From: Candidatus Latescibacterota bacterium
Lineage (GTDB): Bacteria > Latescibacterota > UBA2968 > UBA8231
Assembly: GCA_965243025.1 (NCBI GenBank)
Contig: CBDETY010000003.1
Coordinates: forward strand, 3,008,001 to 3,072,000
Direction of reading: 5' to 3'
DNA length: 64,000 nucleotides
The translations under genes were made by a program, and so were the position numbers. Positions 23,405 to 36,649 of the stretch are shown here, in pieces (the stretch's first letter is position 1; each line of letters starts with the position of its first letter). The notes below the pieces were generated by a model. It was not told the DNA's origin and made no database searches. It worked only from the letters and a program-made list of their open reading frames with translations.

Positions 23405-23623
23405 TGGAGTTGACCCGATTTCGTGGACACTTCATTTCTTGAAGAGAGAAAGGAGGGTGTCCAACCATGCCGAAATCCCATTCCCCTTATCCGCCCGAAT
23501 TCCGGCAACAGATGGTGGAGCTGGTACGGGCGGGTCGTAGCCCGGAGTCGCTGGCCAAGGAATTCGAGCCGTCCGGGCAGACGATCCGCAACTGGGTGAT
23601 CGTCCGGAGCAGGAGGAATTGCG
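23405..23623 (+). mobile_element. IS3 remnant (IRL + partial orfA with internal deletion)
   Basis: Matches the 5' ~195 bp of the other IS3 copies, then jumps to cgtccggagcaggaggaattgcg. Confidence 0.88.
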
Positions 23624-23629
23624 CGCACC

Positions 23630-24660
23630 CCCTCACTGGACTGGCTGGAAGGGTGGCTGGGGGACTTCAAGGGGGCCGTGATTCTGGTATCTCACGACCG
23701 TCATTTTCTGGATCGGGTGGTGAACCGGGTGGTGGAGATCGAGAATTACCGGTTGCAAAACTACCAAGGCGGGTTCGTAGAATTCGTGCGAAAAAAACAG
23801 GTCCGGATCAGGCAGTTGGAACGACAGTTCCAACATGAAGAAGAGAGTTATTGGCGTACGAGGCGGAAGCAATTCGCGACCGGAAAGAGGCGGCCAAGAA
23901 TCCGAGAAAGGCACTCAAGCGCCGGCTGCCCAATATCGGGAAAAAGATTGCTCCCCGAAGAGTGGACAAAATTGTTACGGCCCTTTACGGCGGCGTCCCC
24001 GTGGCAGATGAACTGTGCGAGGTGAAGCAGATCTCCAAGGTCTACGGAGGGCAAGTGCTGTTTCAGGATCTGGATTTCAAGATTTGTCGGGGGGATCGAT
24101 TAGCGGTGGTAGGGCGCAATGGTTGCGAAAAAACGACGCTGCTGAAGGTGCTGGGGGAAGATGTCCCTCCTGATGCGGGGCAGGTAGTGTGGAAGTATGG
24201 GAATGCGTATGCAAATTTAAACGACGTGCTCCAGGGGCTGGATCCGGACGATACGGTGACCCATAGAGTGAATACTGCTGGGCTGGCAAATGATGCGCCT
24301 CGAAGACAGGTGAACAGGTTTCTGCAGTTGTTGCAGTTTGCGGAGATGGATCTGAACCAGCGGATCGGAACGCTCTCGGGAGGACAGAAAGCACGGGTAG
24401 CCCTAGCTCTGTCCCTGCTTTCAGGAGCGTCGGTTGTGCTCCTGGATGAGCCGACAAATCACCTGGACATCGTGTGTACGCAAGTGATGGAACGAGCGCT
24501 GATCGACTTTCCTGGGGCGATTCGTGGTGGTGAGCCACGACCGATTTTTCATCGACAAGGCCGCCAACCGCCTGCTTGTGTTTGCCGGCGATGGAAAGGT
24601 GTCAATCCGCAACGGAAACTGGACGATCTGGCAGGCGAGCCGAATGCAGGGAAAAAGGAA
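23630..24660 (+). pseudogene. ABC-F ATPase remnant, several frameshifts
   Basis: LVSHDRHFLD, degraded Walker A GRNGCEKT, LSGGQK, LLDEPTNHLD. Confidence 0.85.
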
Positions 24661-24870
24661 ATGACTCGGACAGGAAGTGATGTTCTCGAGAGGGGGGCTT
24701 TCGCGCCCTATCTTCGGTTAACCGTGCCCGTACACACTGGCACTTGGTATCTTGAGTTCCTAAACATTCAAGAGGCTTTACCGAACCATCGCGACCTTTG
24801 AGGCCACCCGATTTTTAACGGACGGTTTTTCGTATGGACCCTGCATTGAACCCGTGTATGGAGGCATCAG

Positions 24871-25683
24871 ATGCCTACACGCCACATTGAGGCAATCACG
24901 ATCAACCAGGACACACCCTGTTTTGTTGAGCTTTTGCTGAGATCGCTGTACGCGACACATAGGGATCTTGAGGGAATCCGCCTGACGATTCTGGACAACA
25001 ATTCAACCGACAAGATGCAGCATTTGACGGCTTTCGCTGAGGATAAGAAGATCCCAATCGTACAAACAAAGTGGGACCGCAACACCCCTGGCAACAATCA
25101 CGGTGAGAATCTCCGCGATTTTGTTCTTTCCTACCCGGACTGTGATTATTTCCTCTTTTTGGACGCCGATATTGTTTTTGTCCAGGATGAGACTGTGACA
25201 ACGATGGCAAATGAGTTAGCCGAGACGGGAGACGATGTGTGGGCTATTCAGGCGAGATTCACAGAAGACGGAGAGACTGAAGTGCCGTGGGGTTCTCTTG
25301 ACGAGGGTGGCGCAAGAAAATTCATCAACATCATGATGGAGGACGATATTGAAGACGTTCAACCCGGGAAGGCTCTTGAGCACCTTCCCATGCCCGCCGT
25401 TCTCGGTGACCGTATCCACCCGTCGTGCTGTCTAATCAAGAACACAGAAGCCTTCTTGCTGACCGCTCGGGAGATTGGGTTTTCATGTGTCGACTTCGAG
25501 GCAAGCGGAGGAGGAAAAGTGTACGACACGATGGGACTGGCGACCCAGGTTATGAAGACTCATGGGCTGCGCTTTATCCTCTCCTCCAAGATGGTGAAGC
25601 ACTTTTGGGGCGTCGCACGTAAGCAGCGCATCGCGGATAAGGATGCGGCGTGTGAGAGGCTGCTTTTGGAGTATCGAACATGA
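24871..25683 (+). CDS. Glycosyltransferase family 2-like protein
   Basis: ILDNNSTD and YFLFLDADIVF (DxD). Confidence 0.75.
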   Translation: MPTRHIEAITINQDTPCFVELLLRSLYATHRDLEGIRLTILDNNSTDKMQHLTAFAEDKKIPIVQTKWDRNTPGNNHGENLRDFVLSYPDCDYFLFLDADIVFVQDETVTTMANELAETGDDVWAIQARFTEDGETEVPWGSLDEGGARKFINIMMEDDIEDVQPGKALEHLPMPAVLGDRIHPSCCLIKNTEAFLLTAREIGFSCVDFEASGGGKVYDTMGLATQVMKTHGLRFILSSKMVKHFWGVARKQRIADKDAACERLLLEYRT

Positions 25684-26196
25684 GGGACGCTGACTCGCAT
25701 TCGGGGATAGTACCTCTGAGTCGGTAAAAGTGGGTATTTCTGGGCTGAGATGTAATACAGCATGGAACATAACACGCCCGACTTGGGCTAAGCCCAATTT
25801 AGGGTATTGGGGATTGGCAAGACACCATGAAGCAGATCAGAATCGGCCTTATAGGAGTGGGACGTTTCTGTTCTGATTACCACCTTCCGAATCTCCTCCA
25901 TCGGGGGGACGTGGAGATAACAGCAGTCTGTGACATCTCACAGGATCGGTTGGACAACCTGCCCCGGAGCTTGAGCGCAAGCCGGACCAGTTTAGATTAC
26001 CGCGACGTGCTCGACTCTGATCTCTTGGACGGTGTCGTCGTCAGCACTCCAAATCAATACCACTTTGAACAATGCAAGCTGGCGTTGGAACGGCATATCC
26101 CCGTTCTCGTGGACAAGCCAACGACAGTAACAGTGGCACAGGCCGAAGGATTGACCGCTCTCAGCCAGTCACAAAAATGTCTCTTCATGGAGCTAC

Positions 26197-27456
26197 TGAG
26201 GTTACCCCGATTTCACGGACAGTTTTCCGTTTGGATTTATACCCCTTGATAAATGATACCTCTCGTAGTTGATGGGAGATCGTTGTCCCAGGGCCGAGTG
26301 CCGCCGATGGGGGTTGTACCAGCCTTCCAGGTATTCGAAAACCGTACGCTGGGCTTGCGACTGGGTAGCAAACCGATGACGATCCAGCAGCTCCCTTTCC
26401 AAGGTGGCGAAAAAGCTTTCGCACAGAGCATTGTCGAAGCAGTCACCGACCGATCCCATCGACGGACGTACCCCGGCCTGGCGACAGCGCTTCCCGAAGG
26501 CCAGGGCCGTATACTGACTGCCGTGGTCGGAGTGGTGAATCACTTTCTTGGGACGGCGCCGGTGCAGGGCCATGTCAAGGGCGTCCAGCACCAACTGCGT
26601 ACGCATATGGTTCGCCATGGCCCAGCCCACCACTCGGCGGCTCCAGGCGTCCATGACCACGCTCAGATACAAAAACCCCGACCTCGTGGGAATGTAGGTG
26701 AGATCGGCAACCCACAGGCGATTCGGGCCGGAGACCGAAAACACCCGCTTGACCAGGTCGGAGGCGACCCGGCCCTGCCGGCCGCGACGGGTGGTGGAGA
26801 GGCGGCGGCGGGCGCATACCCCGCGCACCCCGAGCTCAAGCATCAATCGGGCGATGCGCTTGCGACCGATGGCTTGGCCCTCCTCGGCCAGTTCGGCCCG
26901 GATCCTCGGCGCTCCATAAGTGCCCCGGGAGTGTTGGTGGATCTGCTCGACACGTGCCTTGAGCACGGCATCGGCCCGGGCGCGACCCGAAGGCGGGCGT
27001 TTCAACCAGGCGTAGTAGCCGCTGGGGGAGACCTTCAGCACGCGGCACATCGTCAGCACCGGAAAGTCGGCCTGGTGCGCTCTCATGAACTCGTAGACGG
27101 GCCGGACTCCGAGTCGGCCTCGCGAGCGAACCAGGCCGTGGCTTTTGCCAGGATCTCCCGTTCGATACGCAGTTGCTTGTTCTCACGGCGAAGGCGCCGC
27201 AATTCCTCCTGCTCCGGACGGGAGGGGCCGTCGCGGCGCACCCCCTCATCGCGTTCGGCCTGGATCACCCAGTTGCGGATCGTCTGCCCGGACGGCTCGA
27301 ATTCCTTGGCCAGCGACTCCGGACTACGACCCGCCCGTACCAGTTCCACCATCTGTTGCCGGAATTCGGGCGGATAAGGGGAATGGGATTTCGGCATGGT
27401 TGGACACCCTCCTTTCTTTCAAGAAATGAAGTGTCCACGAAATCGGGTCAACTCCA
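26197..27456 (-). mobile_element. Complete IS3-family element (orfA 27083-27397, orfB 26202-27086)
   Basis: TG..CA imperfect IRs, 3-bp TSD TAC, DDE motifs WVADLTY/HHSDHGSQY/ESFF. Confidence 0.95.
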
Positions 27457-27563
27457 TACCTTCAAAAGGTGTGGAAATAGAGAAAAGGCGACCCTAACCT
27501 TCCATTAGACAGTTTCCACAAACCGCCCGGTAGCCAGCCGGGCAACGGAAGGAGAGAGTCGCC

Positions 27564-28823
27564 ATGAGAGAATCTACCCTCGAATCTGTAGCCCCGTCCA
27601 TGCCCACGTTCGCCACGTTGGAAAGCTGGGCCCGATCCTCGATCCAGGATTTGTTGCAGCGGGTTCTGGAGGAGGAGGTGACGGAGTTTCTGGGACGGAC
27701 GCGCTACCAGCGACGGACCGCCGTAGACGCCACCCCCGGCTCCCGCAACGGACACGGCAAACCGCGACAGGTGTCGCTGATGTCGGGCACCATCCAGGTG
27801 AGACGGCCGCGCGTTCGGGGACTGGAAGAGCGCTTTGAGAGTCGAATTCTGCCGCTGTTCCTGCGCCGCACCCACGAGGTGACCCGGATGCTGCCCGAGC
27901 TTTACCTGCACGGGCTGTCTCAGGGGGACTTCGAACTGGCTTTGCGGGGGCTTTTGGGCAACGGCGCTCCCCTGTCGGCTTCGTCCATTGGCCGCCTGCG
28001 GGCGCAGTGGGAGGAGGAGCTGGAGACCTGGCGGGAGCGCCGTCTCGACGACCGCGAGCTGGTGTATGCATGGGCGGATGGCATCTACGTCAAGGCCGGG
28101 CTGGAGAAGGACAAGGCGGCTCTGCTGGTCGTCATCGGCGCCATGAGCGACGGTCGCAAGGAGGTACTGGCCGTGTGGCCCGGCTACCGCGAGTCGACGG
28201 CGTCCTGGCTGAAGGTCCTGCGCGACCTGCGCGATCGGGGTCTGCGGGCCCCGCGGCTGTTGATGGCCGACGGGGGTCTGCCTATCTGGAGCGCCACCGA
28301 GCAGGTGTGGCCGCAGGCGTCGCATCAGCGCTGCTGGAATCACAAGATCCTCAACGTGCTCGATGACCTGCCGAAAAAGGTTCAGGGAAAAGCGCGGGCG
28401 TTGTTGACGCAGATCCCTTCGGCGGAGACGCGCCAAGAGGCGCAGAAACGACGGGCAACCTTTGCCCGCCGCTACCGCGACCGGTATCCGCAGGCGGTAG
28501 CCACCCTCGAACGCGACTGGGAGCGCATGGTCACCTTCTACGAGTTTCCCAGGGAGCACTGGAAGCACCTGCGCACAACCAATCCGGTCGAGAGCCCCTT
28601 TGCTTCGGTGCGTCTGCGCACCAACGCCGGCAAGCGCTACAAGCGGGTTCAGGGAGCGACCGCTCTGATTTGGCGCGTGTTGATGGTGGCAGAAAAACGC
28701 TTTCGAAAACTCAATGCGCCCGAATTACTGCCCCTCGTCTACGCCGGACAACAATACCAGGATGGGAAGCCCATCAAGAACGAAAAGACATCCACCAGGA
28801 GAAGGTTGAAACGGGCCGCCTGA
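27564..28823 (+). CDS. IS256 (mutator) transposase
   Basis: RNG, WADGIY, MADG, QRCWNH, RTTNPVES motifs. Confidence 0.95.
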   Translation: MRESTLESVAPSMPTFATLESWARSSIQDLLQRVLEEEVTEFLGRTRYQRRTAVDATPGSRNGHGKPRQVSLMSGTIQVRRPRVRGLEERFESRILPLFLRRTHEVTRMLPELYLHGLSQGDFELALRGLLGNGAPLSASSIGRLRAQWEEELETWRERRLDDRELVYAWADGIYVKAGLEKDKAALLVVIGAMSDGRKEVLAVWPGYRESTASWLKVLRDLRDRGLRAPRLLMADGGLPIWSATEQVWPQASHQRCWNHKILNVLDDLPKKVQGKARALLTQIPSAETRQEAQKRRATFARRYRDRYPQAVATLERDWERMVTFYEFPREHWKHLRTTNPVESPFASVRLRTNAGKRYKRVQGATALIWRVLMVAEKRFRKLNAPELLPLVYAGQQYQDGKPIKNEKTSTRRRLKRAA

Positions 28824-29637
28824 TCTCATTTACACACCTTTTGACGTGACCTCCTCTTCATGACAGCTTTTACCCGGCGTTTCATGGGGAGCACAGAGCA
28901 TGTCCGCGGTCAGTTGGCCCCTGGTCTCGATGATATTCAGTTCGTAACGGCGGTTCAGCGCAGAGCCGGCGGCAATCTGGCAGACGGAGGTATGTTGCAT
29001 ACGCGGACGGTACACATCCTTGATGTGCTGCCTTGGCTCGTTGGACAGGATATCGTTGCCGTCTCCGGGACAGTCGACTATGAAGAGGCAGGGGGAGTCG
29101 AGGAATTCGTCGACGTGCGGCTTGATTTTTCCGGCGGATTGTGCGGGCACCTGCTGTGTATCAGGAACTGTGACGAATACGGGGATGAGGTCACGGTTTA
29201 CAGCTCACGGAAGAGTTTCCGCCTTGAACGCGACCTTCTTTTCACAATGGCCCAGCACTCTGGATGGAAAACTGTCGAAAATCTCTCTCACCAAGGATCG
29301 TCGACGGAGTACTTTGTGGATGCAATCCAGGGGAAGAAGGTCGTCGAGGGAGGTCCCCGGGTGGATTCGCACAGCCTCGACGGTCTGCAGTCTCTACGAG
29401 TCGTCGAGGCGATTCACGAGGCAGGAAAGACCGGCAGGCCGGTTGCCGTACCCCCAGTCGGGTAATTCGCAACCACTCCAACTCCGGTCCGTCGGTTACA
29501 GGGCAGCGGTCTCCGGTTCCATCTGCGGCAACAGGGCCGCGAAAAGCCGGGTGGGGGCTGGCAGCCATTCGACAACCCGGTTTGGGGGGCACTGAGACGT
29601 TTGGCGCCTGCGCAATTTAGTTCGATGCACAACTTTT

Positions 29638-30546
29638 ATGGATCTGGATAGTCGTCTCAAGCAGCTTCAAACTATCTGGCCTGAGGTCAGGTGGGTCGAT
29701 GCTTGCCTCATCGAATGCGACCATGACGTTGTTATCCTCGACAACGCACTGGTATTTCGTTTCTCGTCCCACAAAGTAACCCATGAGCCCCTGGACCGGG
29801 AGATTCGCTTCCTCGGAAGTCTCAGGGGACGCGCAGATCTCCTCGTTCCTGACTACACATACGTAGACAAGCTTTTCAGGGTTGCGGGTTACAAGCTTTT
29901 GCCCGGTGAACCTCTAACGCTTGAAAAGTGGACGAATATGACTCAGGAACAAATACGAGAGATCGCGGTAGGCGTAGCTGGGGTACTTGACGAAGTCCAC
30001 CGTTTTCCAATAGACGAAGCTTTGGCACTAGGGTTGCCGAAGGAGAGGAATCTCGTTGAAGAATTTGGCTTGATTCGTCATTCCTATTCCCAGATGGTCC
30101 GAAGGGGGGACCTGAACAAGGCGGAGAAGGGTTATTGCGATGACGCTCTTACGCAGCTGACGTCGTTTCTTTCTTCTTTGGAAGGCAGCCCCATGAAGGT
30201 CATTCACGCTGACATTGAATTTGACCATATCCTATGCCATGGGACCAAGTTCGGTGGAGTAATCGATTTTGGCGACGTGGCAGTTGGGGACCCGGCGTTC
30301 GACTTTGGGTTTTTTTGGGAGCGGGGGGAAACCTTCGTTGACGAAGTCTTGGGAAGCTATTCCCAGGCCTCCGATGATCTCAAGCGACGAAGCCGCTATT
30401 GGTGGTTTGGGATGGCCATCCAGTCCATGGCGCAGGCAGCAGAAGAAGAGAATGAAGGGGACTGGAAGCGAGCATATCGACTATTTCCACAAGACATCGC
30501 TCAACCTGAGCGGCGATTTGGTCCTTGGCGCCCGCCCAAGCCATGA
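29638..30546 (+). CDS. Aminoglycoside/macrolide phosphotransferase-family kinase
   Basis: HADIEFDHIL and VIDFGD..GDPAFD; the HxDxxxxH form is as in APH(2'')/Mph. Confidence 0.85.
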   Translation: MDLDSRLKQLQTIWPEVRWVDACLIECDHDVVILDNALVFRFSSHKVTHEPLDREIRFLGSLRGRADLLVPDYTYVDKLFRVAGYKLLPGEPLTLEKWTNMTQEQIREIAVGVAGVLDEVHRFPIDEALALGLPKERNLVEEFGLIRHSYSQMVRRGDLNKAEKGYCDDALTQLTSFLSSLEGSPMKVIHADIEFDHILCHGTKFGGVIDFGDVAVGDPAFDFGFFWERGETFVDEVLGSYSQASDDLKRRSRYWWFGMAIQSMAQAAEEENEGDWKRAYRLFPQDIAQPERRFGPWRPPKP

Positions 30547-30632
30547 ACCAGCGCCTGTAACGCCCGTAGTTTCGAGCCATTTCCCTTCTGGATAACCGGT
30601 TCCCCGTTCGGACATCGGCGGCGAAATGGGAC

Positions 30633-30654
30633 TGAGGTTACCCCGATTTCACGG
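30633..30654 (-). repeat. Solo IS3 right inverted repeat
   Basis: TGAGGTTACCCCGATTTCACGG identical to 26197-26218, with no adjoining IS body. Confidence 0.85.
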
Positions 30655-30666
30655 GAAAAACGCGAC

Positions 30667-33144
30667 TTAATCCTGTTTGAATAAGTAGATCAGATCCTTC
30701 CGTAGGGACTGTCGACCGTAGTAGACCACGGTGACCACCGCGATGAACAGGATTGTGAAGATCCCGCCCCCGTAATGCAACCATCCGATATCGGCACTAT
30801 ATGCGAAGTCGGACCTCAACCACTGGATGACAAGCAGGGCTAACGGGCTGCCTATCAGAGTTCCGTAGAAAACGGGCTTGGTGTACGTAAGGGCTAACTG
30901 CAGAACTATCACGCGATTGGATGCACCAAGTACCCTTCGTACACCTATCTCCTTACGCCGCCGCTCTATTAAATACGAGAGAAGACCGTAGAATCCTATC
31001 CACGCAATCATGGTTGCCAAAACCGCCAACCAGGCACAGAGCTTTGCGAAACGTTCGGTGGCCCGATACTGCTCCGCAATCATGTCGCTCAGGAAAACAT
31101 AGCGGAAAGGTCTTTCAGGAAGGACTTCCTCCCAGATCGTTTTGAGATGATCGATGGCGGACGGGAGAGCATCGCCAGTGAGGCGAACAGCAAGGGTGTT
31201 CCACAGTGACTCTCTCATAGCCATTACAACGGGCCCGATACCTGTGTGAAGGCTCCTGTTATGGAAATCCCGGACTACACCGATAACCAATCCACTCCGG
31301 TTCCCAAGCGATACCTGTTCCCCAATGGCCGTCTCTCCACCAAGAATCTCTGCCGCAGTCTTGTTGACAATGAAGGCTGCTGTCCTGTCTGTCGACATAT
31401 TGTTGCGGAAATTCCTTCCCTCGACCAGTGGAATTTGGTAGGTGTTAAGAAAATCCTCGTCAACCCCCAGGAATTTCACCCGTATCCCATCCGGATTCAG
31501 GACTGAGCGCAGGAATTCTGTCGGACCTCCCAGACCTGTCTGCGTATGCACCGCACTTGTTGCGACGACGGAAGGAAGATCCAGGAACAATCTCTTGATG
31601 TTGCGGTAATTTTGGACCATTGCGTCGCCGTGAGAACCTGCACCACGGCCATCTTCGAATAGTGGGAGCAAAACCACGTTGTCCTCTTCATAACCAAGGT
31701 CCACATTCTTCACGAAGTCTACCTGCGTTGACATCGCCCCCGCCACGATCACGAGCACAACCGACGCAGCAAACTGAAATGTCAATACTGCGGCGCGAAG
31801 ATACTCTTTCCGCGAACCATGCAAGTGGTTCCCACGTAACGCTTCATTCGGCCCAAGTCGGGACAGGAGTACCGATGGATAAACCCCGCTAAGAACGCCG
31901 AGACAGAGCGCGGCGACACATAGCCGAGGCATAGTCGTCAATACAGTTCCTAGAGAAACCTCGAACTCGCTACCAATCAGTTCCGCGAAGACAGAAGAGA
32001 GCAACTTTGCAGCAGGAACGGATACAGCAAGCGCGATGAATGCGAGAATAACTGATTCAATTGTGAACTGTATGAAGACCTGCCACTTGCCAGCTCCAAT
32101 CGTCCTACGAAGCCCCACTTCAGGTGTACGTGATACACTGCGGGCAATCGCCAGATTCGCGAAATTAGCCGAGGCGATGAGCATTACCATCATCACAACG
32201 ATGATGGCTGCGTAGATTACACGGATATCAGGCCCGGTCGAAGCTTCCTCCCACACCAGGCTCGTACCATAATCCATTGTCCCGTACAGGTGGATTCGAG
32301 TTAAATTTTGCAGTCGATAAGCGTCTGTCTCAGTAGTTTCAGGGCCAAGATGGCTTGCCATTAATGCATTTAGTTCTTCTTCTACAGCACTCTCATCCCC
32401 CTGCCCAATTTTTAACCAGGTTTGCACGGGAATCCATGAGAGGTGATCGCTCCAGTCTTCCCATGCGTGGTAGGCTGTCCCGGAATCCGGGATGGTCGAG
32501 GAGAGAGCATCGAATTGCATGGTCGATTGCGTTGGCAAGCTGGCGAGAATACCGGTCACCATGTACTCCCCACCGAACCAAACATGCTCAAGATTGACCA
32601 ACTTACCGATAGGATCCTCCTCTCCGAACAGCCTCGACGCCAGATCTCTGGTGACAACAAGAGACCAAGGATGTCGAAGGACTCCCGACATCTCTCCCTC
32701 CTGAAGCGGGAAGTCAAACACTTCAAGGAAGTTTTCATCGACGACCCAATGGTCTACCGACAGTGTTTCGTTGCCGCGGCGTATCCAACGAGGTCCCATC
32801 CCAGTACCGTCCCACACTCGCGTTGCAGCCTGCACTTCAGGAATGCTTCCTTGCGCTGCTTCCGCCAAAGCACCGGATACGCCCGTGCTGACATTGGCTG
32901 CTCCCCCAGATTGGGATACTCGGAGAACACGGTGAATTCGTTGAAAGTCGGTGTGTTGGGAATTGAACTGTGTTTCGTAATCCACGTACGTAATTACGAG
33001 CGAGGCAAGTACCAAGCTTGCCGAAAGTCCACACACATTGATCGCCGATTGCCCCTTCTGCGCAAGTGCAATCCGAACCGCGATTTTTACGTAGTTGGCA
33101 AGGAGGCTCAAAATTGTTCTCTCAGTTGAACGGAACCAATGCAC
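30667..33144 (-). CDS. MacB/FtsX-type duplicated ABC permease (true start probably ~33105)
   Basis: NYVKIA.R, R..EVGLR..IGA, DLGY, GVVRDFH, EIGVRRVLGAS. Confidence 0.9.
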   Translation of the reverse strand: MHWFRSTERTILSLLANYVKIAVRIALAQKGQSAINVCGLSASLVLASLVITYVDYETQFNSQHTDFQRIHRVLRVSQSGGAANVSTGVSGALAEAAQGSIPEVQAATRVWDGTGMGPRWIRRGNETLSVDHWVVDENFLEVFDFPLQEGEMSGVLRHPWSLVVTRDLASRLFGEEDPIGKLVNLEHVWFGGEYMVTGILASLPTQSTMQFDALSSTIPDSGTAYHAWEDWSDHLSWIPVQTWLKIGQGDESAVEEELNALMASHLGPETTETDAYRLQNLTRIHLYGTMDYGTSLVWEEASTGPDIRVIYAAIIVVMMVMLIASANFANLAIARSVSRTPEVGLRRTIGAGKWQVFIQFTIESVILAFIALAVSVPAAKLLSSVFAELIGSEFEVSLGTVLTTMPRLCVAALCLGVLSGVYPSVLLSRLGPNEALRGNHLHGSRKEYLRAAVLTFQFAASVVLVIVAGAMSTQVDFVKNVDLGYEEDNVVLLPLFEDGRGAGSHGDAMVQNYRNIKRLFLDLPSVVATSAVHTQTGLGGPTEFLRSVLNPDGIRVKFLGVDEDFLNTYQIPLVEGRNFRNNMSTDRTAAFIVNKTAAEILGGETAIGEQVSLGNRSGLVIGVVRDFHNRSLHTGIGPVVMAMRESLWNTLAVRLTGDALPSAIDHLKTIWEEVLPERPFRYVFLSDMIAEQYRATERFAKLCAWLAVLATMIAWIGFYGLLSYLIERRRKEIGVRRVLGASNRVIVLQLALTYTKPVFYGTLIGSPLALLVIQWLRSDFAYSADIGWLHYGGGIFTILFIAVVTVVYYGRQSLRKDLIYLFKQD

Positions 33145-33462
33145 AGGTAAAGCCTGGCCGTAGAGAATTCATGCAAGTCGGCACCGGAAATCGAAGATCG
33201 GGCTAATGCGTCACAACCGCAAAGAGGTACCCCGGATATCCGAAATGGACGGCTTGCAGAGCCCGGGGATCAGGCACTGAAGGGGGGCTTTCGGATCCTT
33301 TATAATGCCGAGGACGAGGCCGCCTGAAAATCTCCGAATCCGGGTAACTGCCACGGGGAGCCGTCTCAGCACGAAAGTCGTCCGTTCGGCTTGGCAACCG
33401 CCCCCGTTCTGGCCCCCGGTTTTTTTCACTGCCTCAGGTATCCTTGCCATGATCTGATCAAC

Positions 33463-34813
33463 TCAGAAGCGCAGCGAGAACACCGTCCGCTCCCCCGGTC
33501 GCGTGCGCACCGAGATGGAGCCGCGGTGGAGCCTCATGATCTGGCGGCACAGGCTCAGTCCGATGCCGGAGCCGTTCTGCTTGGTCGTGAAGAAGGGGAT
33601 GAAGAGCTTGCCGAGGGCCTCCTCGACGATCCCCGGCCCGTTGTCGGCGACCTCGACGACCACCTTCCCACGCACCAGGTGAGCGCTCAGGTCGACGCGC
33701 CCCCCGTCCCCGCTCTCTGTGGCTTCGCGGGCATTGCTCAGCAGGTTGATGAGGACCTGCTCGACCTGGCCGGGATCCGCCGTGAGCTCGAGGCCGGGGG
33801 GATCGACCCGGGTGTGCAGCTCGACACCCGACTCCGCGAACTGCGGCCCCAGCAGCTGCTCGACGCGGGCGAAAAGCCCGGCCACCGGCACGATCTCGAA
33901 CGAAGGCGCCGGCACCCGGGTGAGCCCGCGGTAGGTCTCGACGAACTGCAACAGGCCCTCGCTACGCCGCTGAATCGTGCCGACCGCGGTGCGGATGTCT
34001 TCGGCGGTCTCGCCATCAGGGCCCCCCTCCTTCAGCATGCCGTCGGCGGTGGCGGCCAGCGAGGCGATCGGGGTGATGGAGTTCATGATCTCGTGGGTGA
34101 GAACGCGGATCAGGTTGTGCCAGGCCTCCGTCTCCTTCTCGTCGAGGTCGGGACCGATGTCCTGGAGCGCCACCAGGGTGTGCTCGCGGTCCCCGGTGCG
34201 GAACACCGAGGCGTGCAGGGCGAGCTGGGTCTCCCCGAAGCGCACCAGGTCGCGGCCCCGGGGACCCAGGTTCTTCAGGGTGGCGGCAAGGCCGGGACTG
34301 ACGCGTGCGAGAGCGGCGATTTCGCCCAACCGGGGCACCCCCAGAAGGCGCTTGGCGGCGTTGTTGATCAGCGACACCCTGCCGTTTCCGTCGAACACGA
34401 GCAGGCCGACGCCGATGTGCTGCACCACGGTCTGCAGGTAGCGTGCCTGTTCCTCCTTTTCGGCCCGCGCCAGGCGGAAGGCGTCGAGCACCTCGTTGAA
34501 CGCCGTCTTCAGCTCGTCGAAGGAGGAGCCGAGACCCCCGGCGCCGAGGGTCTGCGAGAAGTCGGCGTAGCGGATGGCGGCGAGGAAGCGGGCCAGCTCG
34601 CGGTTGGTGCGGTCGACGAAACGGACGAGGCCGAAGACCTGGTAGAGGAGGAGGCCGGTGGCGGTTACGGCAGGGTAGCTCCATCCTTCAGCCGTCATGT
34701 GGAACAGCAGCCAAAGGGTGACGCCCAGAAGGAGGACGCGTAGGAGGATTCGGGCGCGGAAGGTGCGGCAGCCTTGAACCAGGCTGCTCGGGAGACTCGT
34801 CAGCTTCCGGGCC

Positions 34814-34824
<11 letters not shown>
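33463..34824 (-). CDS. Sensor histidine kinase (NtrY-like)
   Basis: HEIMNS, QVLINLLSNA, DNGPG, PFFTTK, GSGIGL. Confidence 0.95.
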
Positions 34825-36190
<1,366 letters not shown>

Positions 36191-36544
36191 GGAAGAGGGG
36201 TCCCGGGAAATTCGCTCAGTCGCTCAGGCGGGCCGGGCCGCTGGTTTCGGCGAATCGGCTTTGATGGGGCCGCCGGGGAGTACCGCCTCCCGGGACGGCC
36301 CCGGCCATCCGGCACCGGGAAGGTATCGGGGCAAAAAGTTCAGGTATGGATTCGAGACACCGCACTTCAGCATGCGGGCCAGGGCGCTTCCGGCTGCGGC
36401 CGTGGAAGTGCCCCCGAACGGAGGCCAGGCTTGGAAATGCGGAAATTCCAGCGCTCGAGCCGGGAGGCTTTGAAATTGACGAGCCCGGGGGTCGCGCAGC
36501 GGCCACTTGCAAGGGCTGGAAGCATGCCCTGACAGGGTTCCGGG

Positions 36545-36582
36545 TGTACGCCAGCGGACACCCGGTGTATCGCCAGCGGACG
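36545..36582. promoter_or_regulatory. Putative tandem enhancer (UAS) for the sigma54 activator
   Basis: TGTACG-CCAG-CGGACA and TGTATCG-CCAG-CGGACG, ~70-105 bp upstream of a -24/-12-like box. Confidence 0.55.
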
Positions 36583-36649
36583 GCCAGGGGCCTCCCCTCC
36601 GTCGGGACGATTCGTTTCATCCCGTTGTTTTCCAGAAGGTTAGGTGACA

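Larger units (their letters stand above)
26190..28853 (+). mobile_element. IS256-family element with IS3 nested in its left IR
   Basis: 9-bp TSD CTCTTCATG (26181-89, 28854-62); IRs GAGCTAC[IS3]CTTCAAAAGGTGTGGAAAT / GAGGTCACGTCAAAAGGTGTGTAAAT. Confidence 0.92.
25827..29465 (+). pseudogene. Gfo/Idh/MocA oxidoreductase split by nested IS256/IS3 (25827-26189 + 28863-29465)
   Basis: IGLIGVG, VSTPN..H, VDKP; removing the IS and one TSD copy gives in-frame QKCLFM-TAFTRRF. Confidence 0.92.

Noticed and set aside
25685-25760. Degenerate attC after the glycosyltransferase-like gene (and after 29465)
   Set aside because: Weak palindromes without intact AAC/GTT cores.
33170-33187. Sigma54 promoter for the - strand permease (CGGTGCCGACTTGCA)
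   Set aside because: GG-GC spacing is 9 nt rather than 10.
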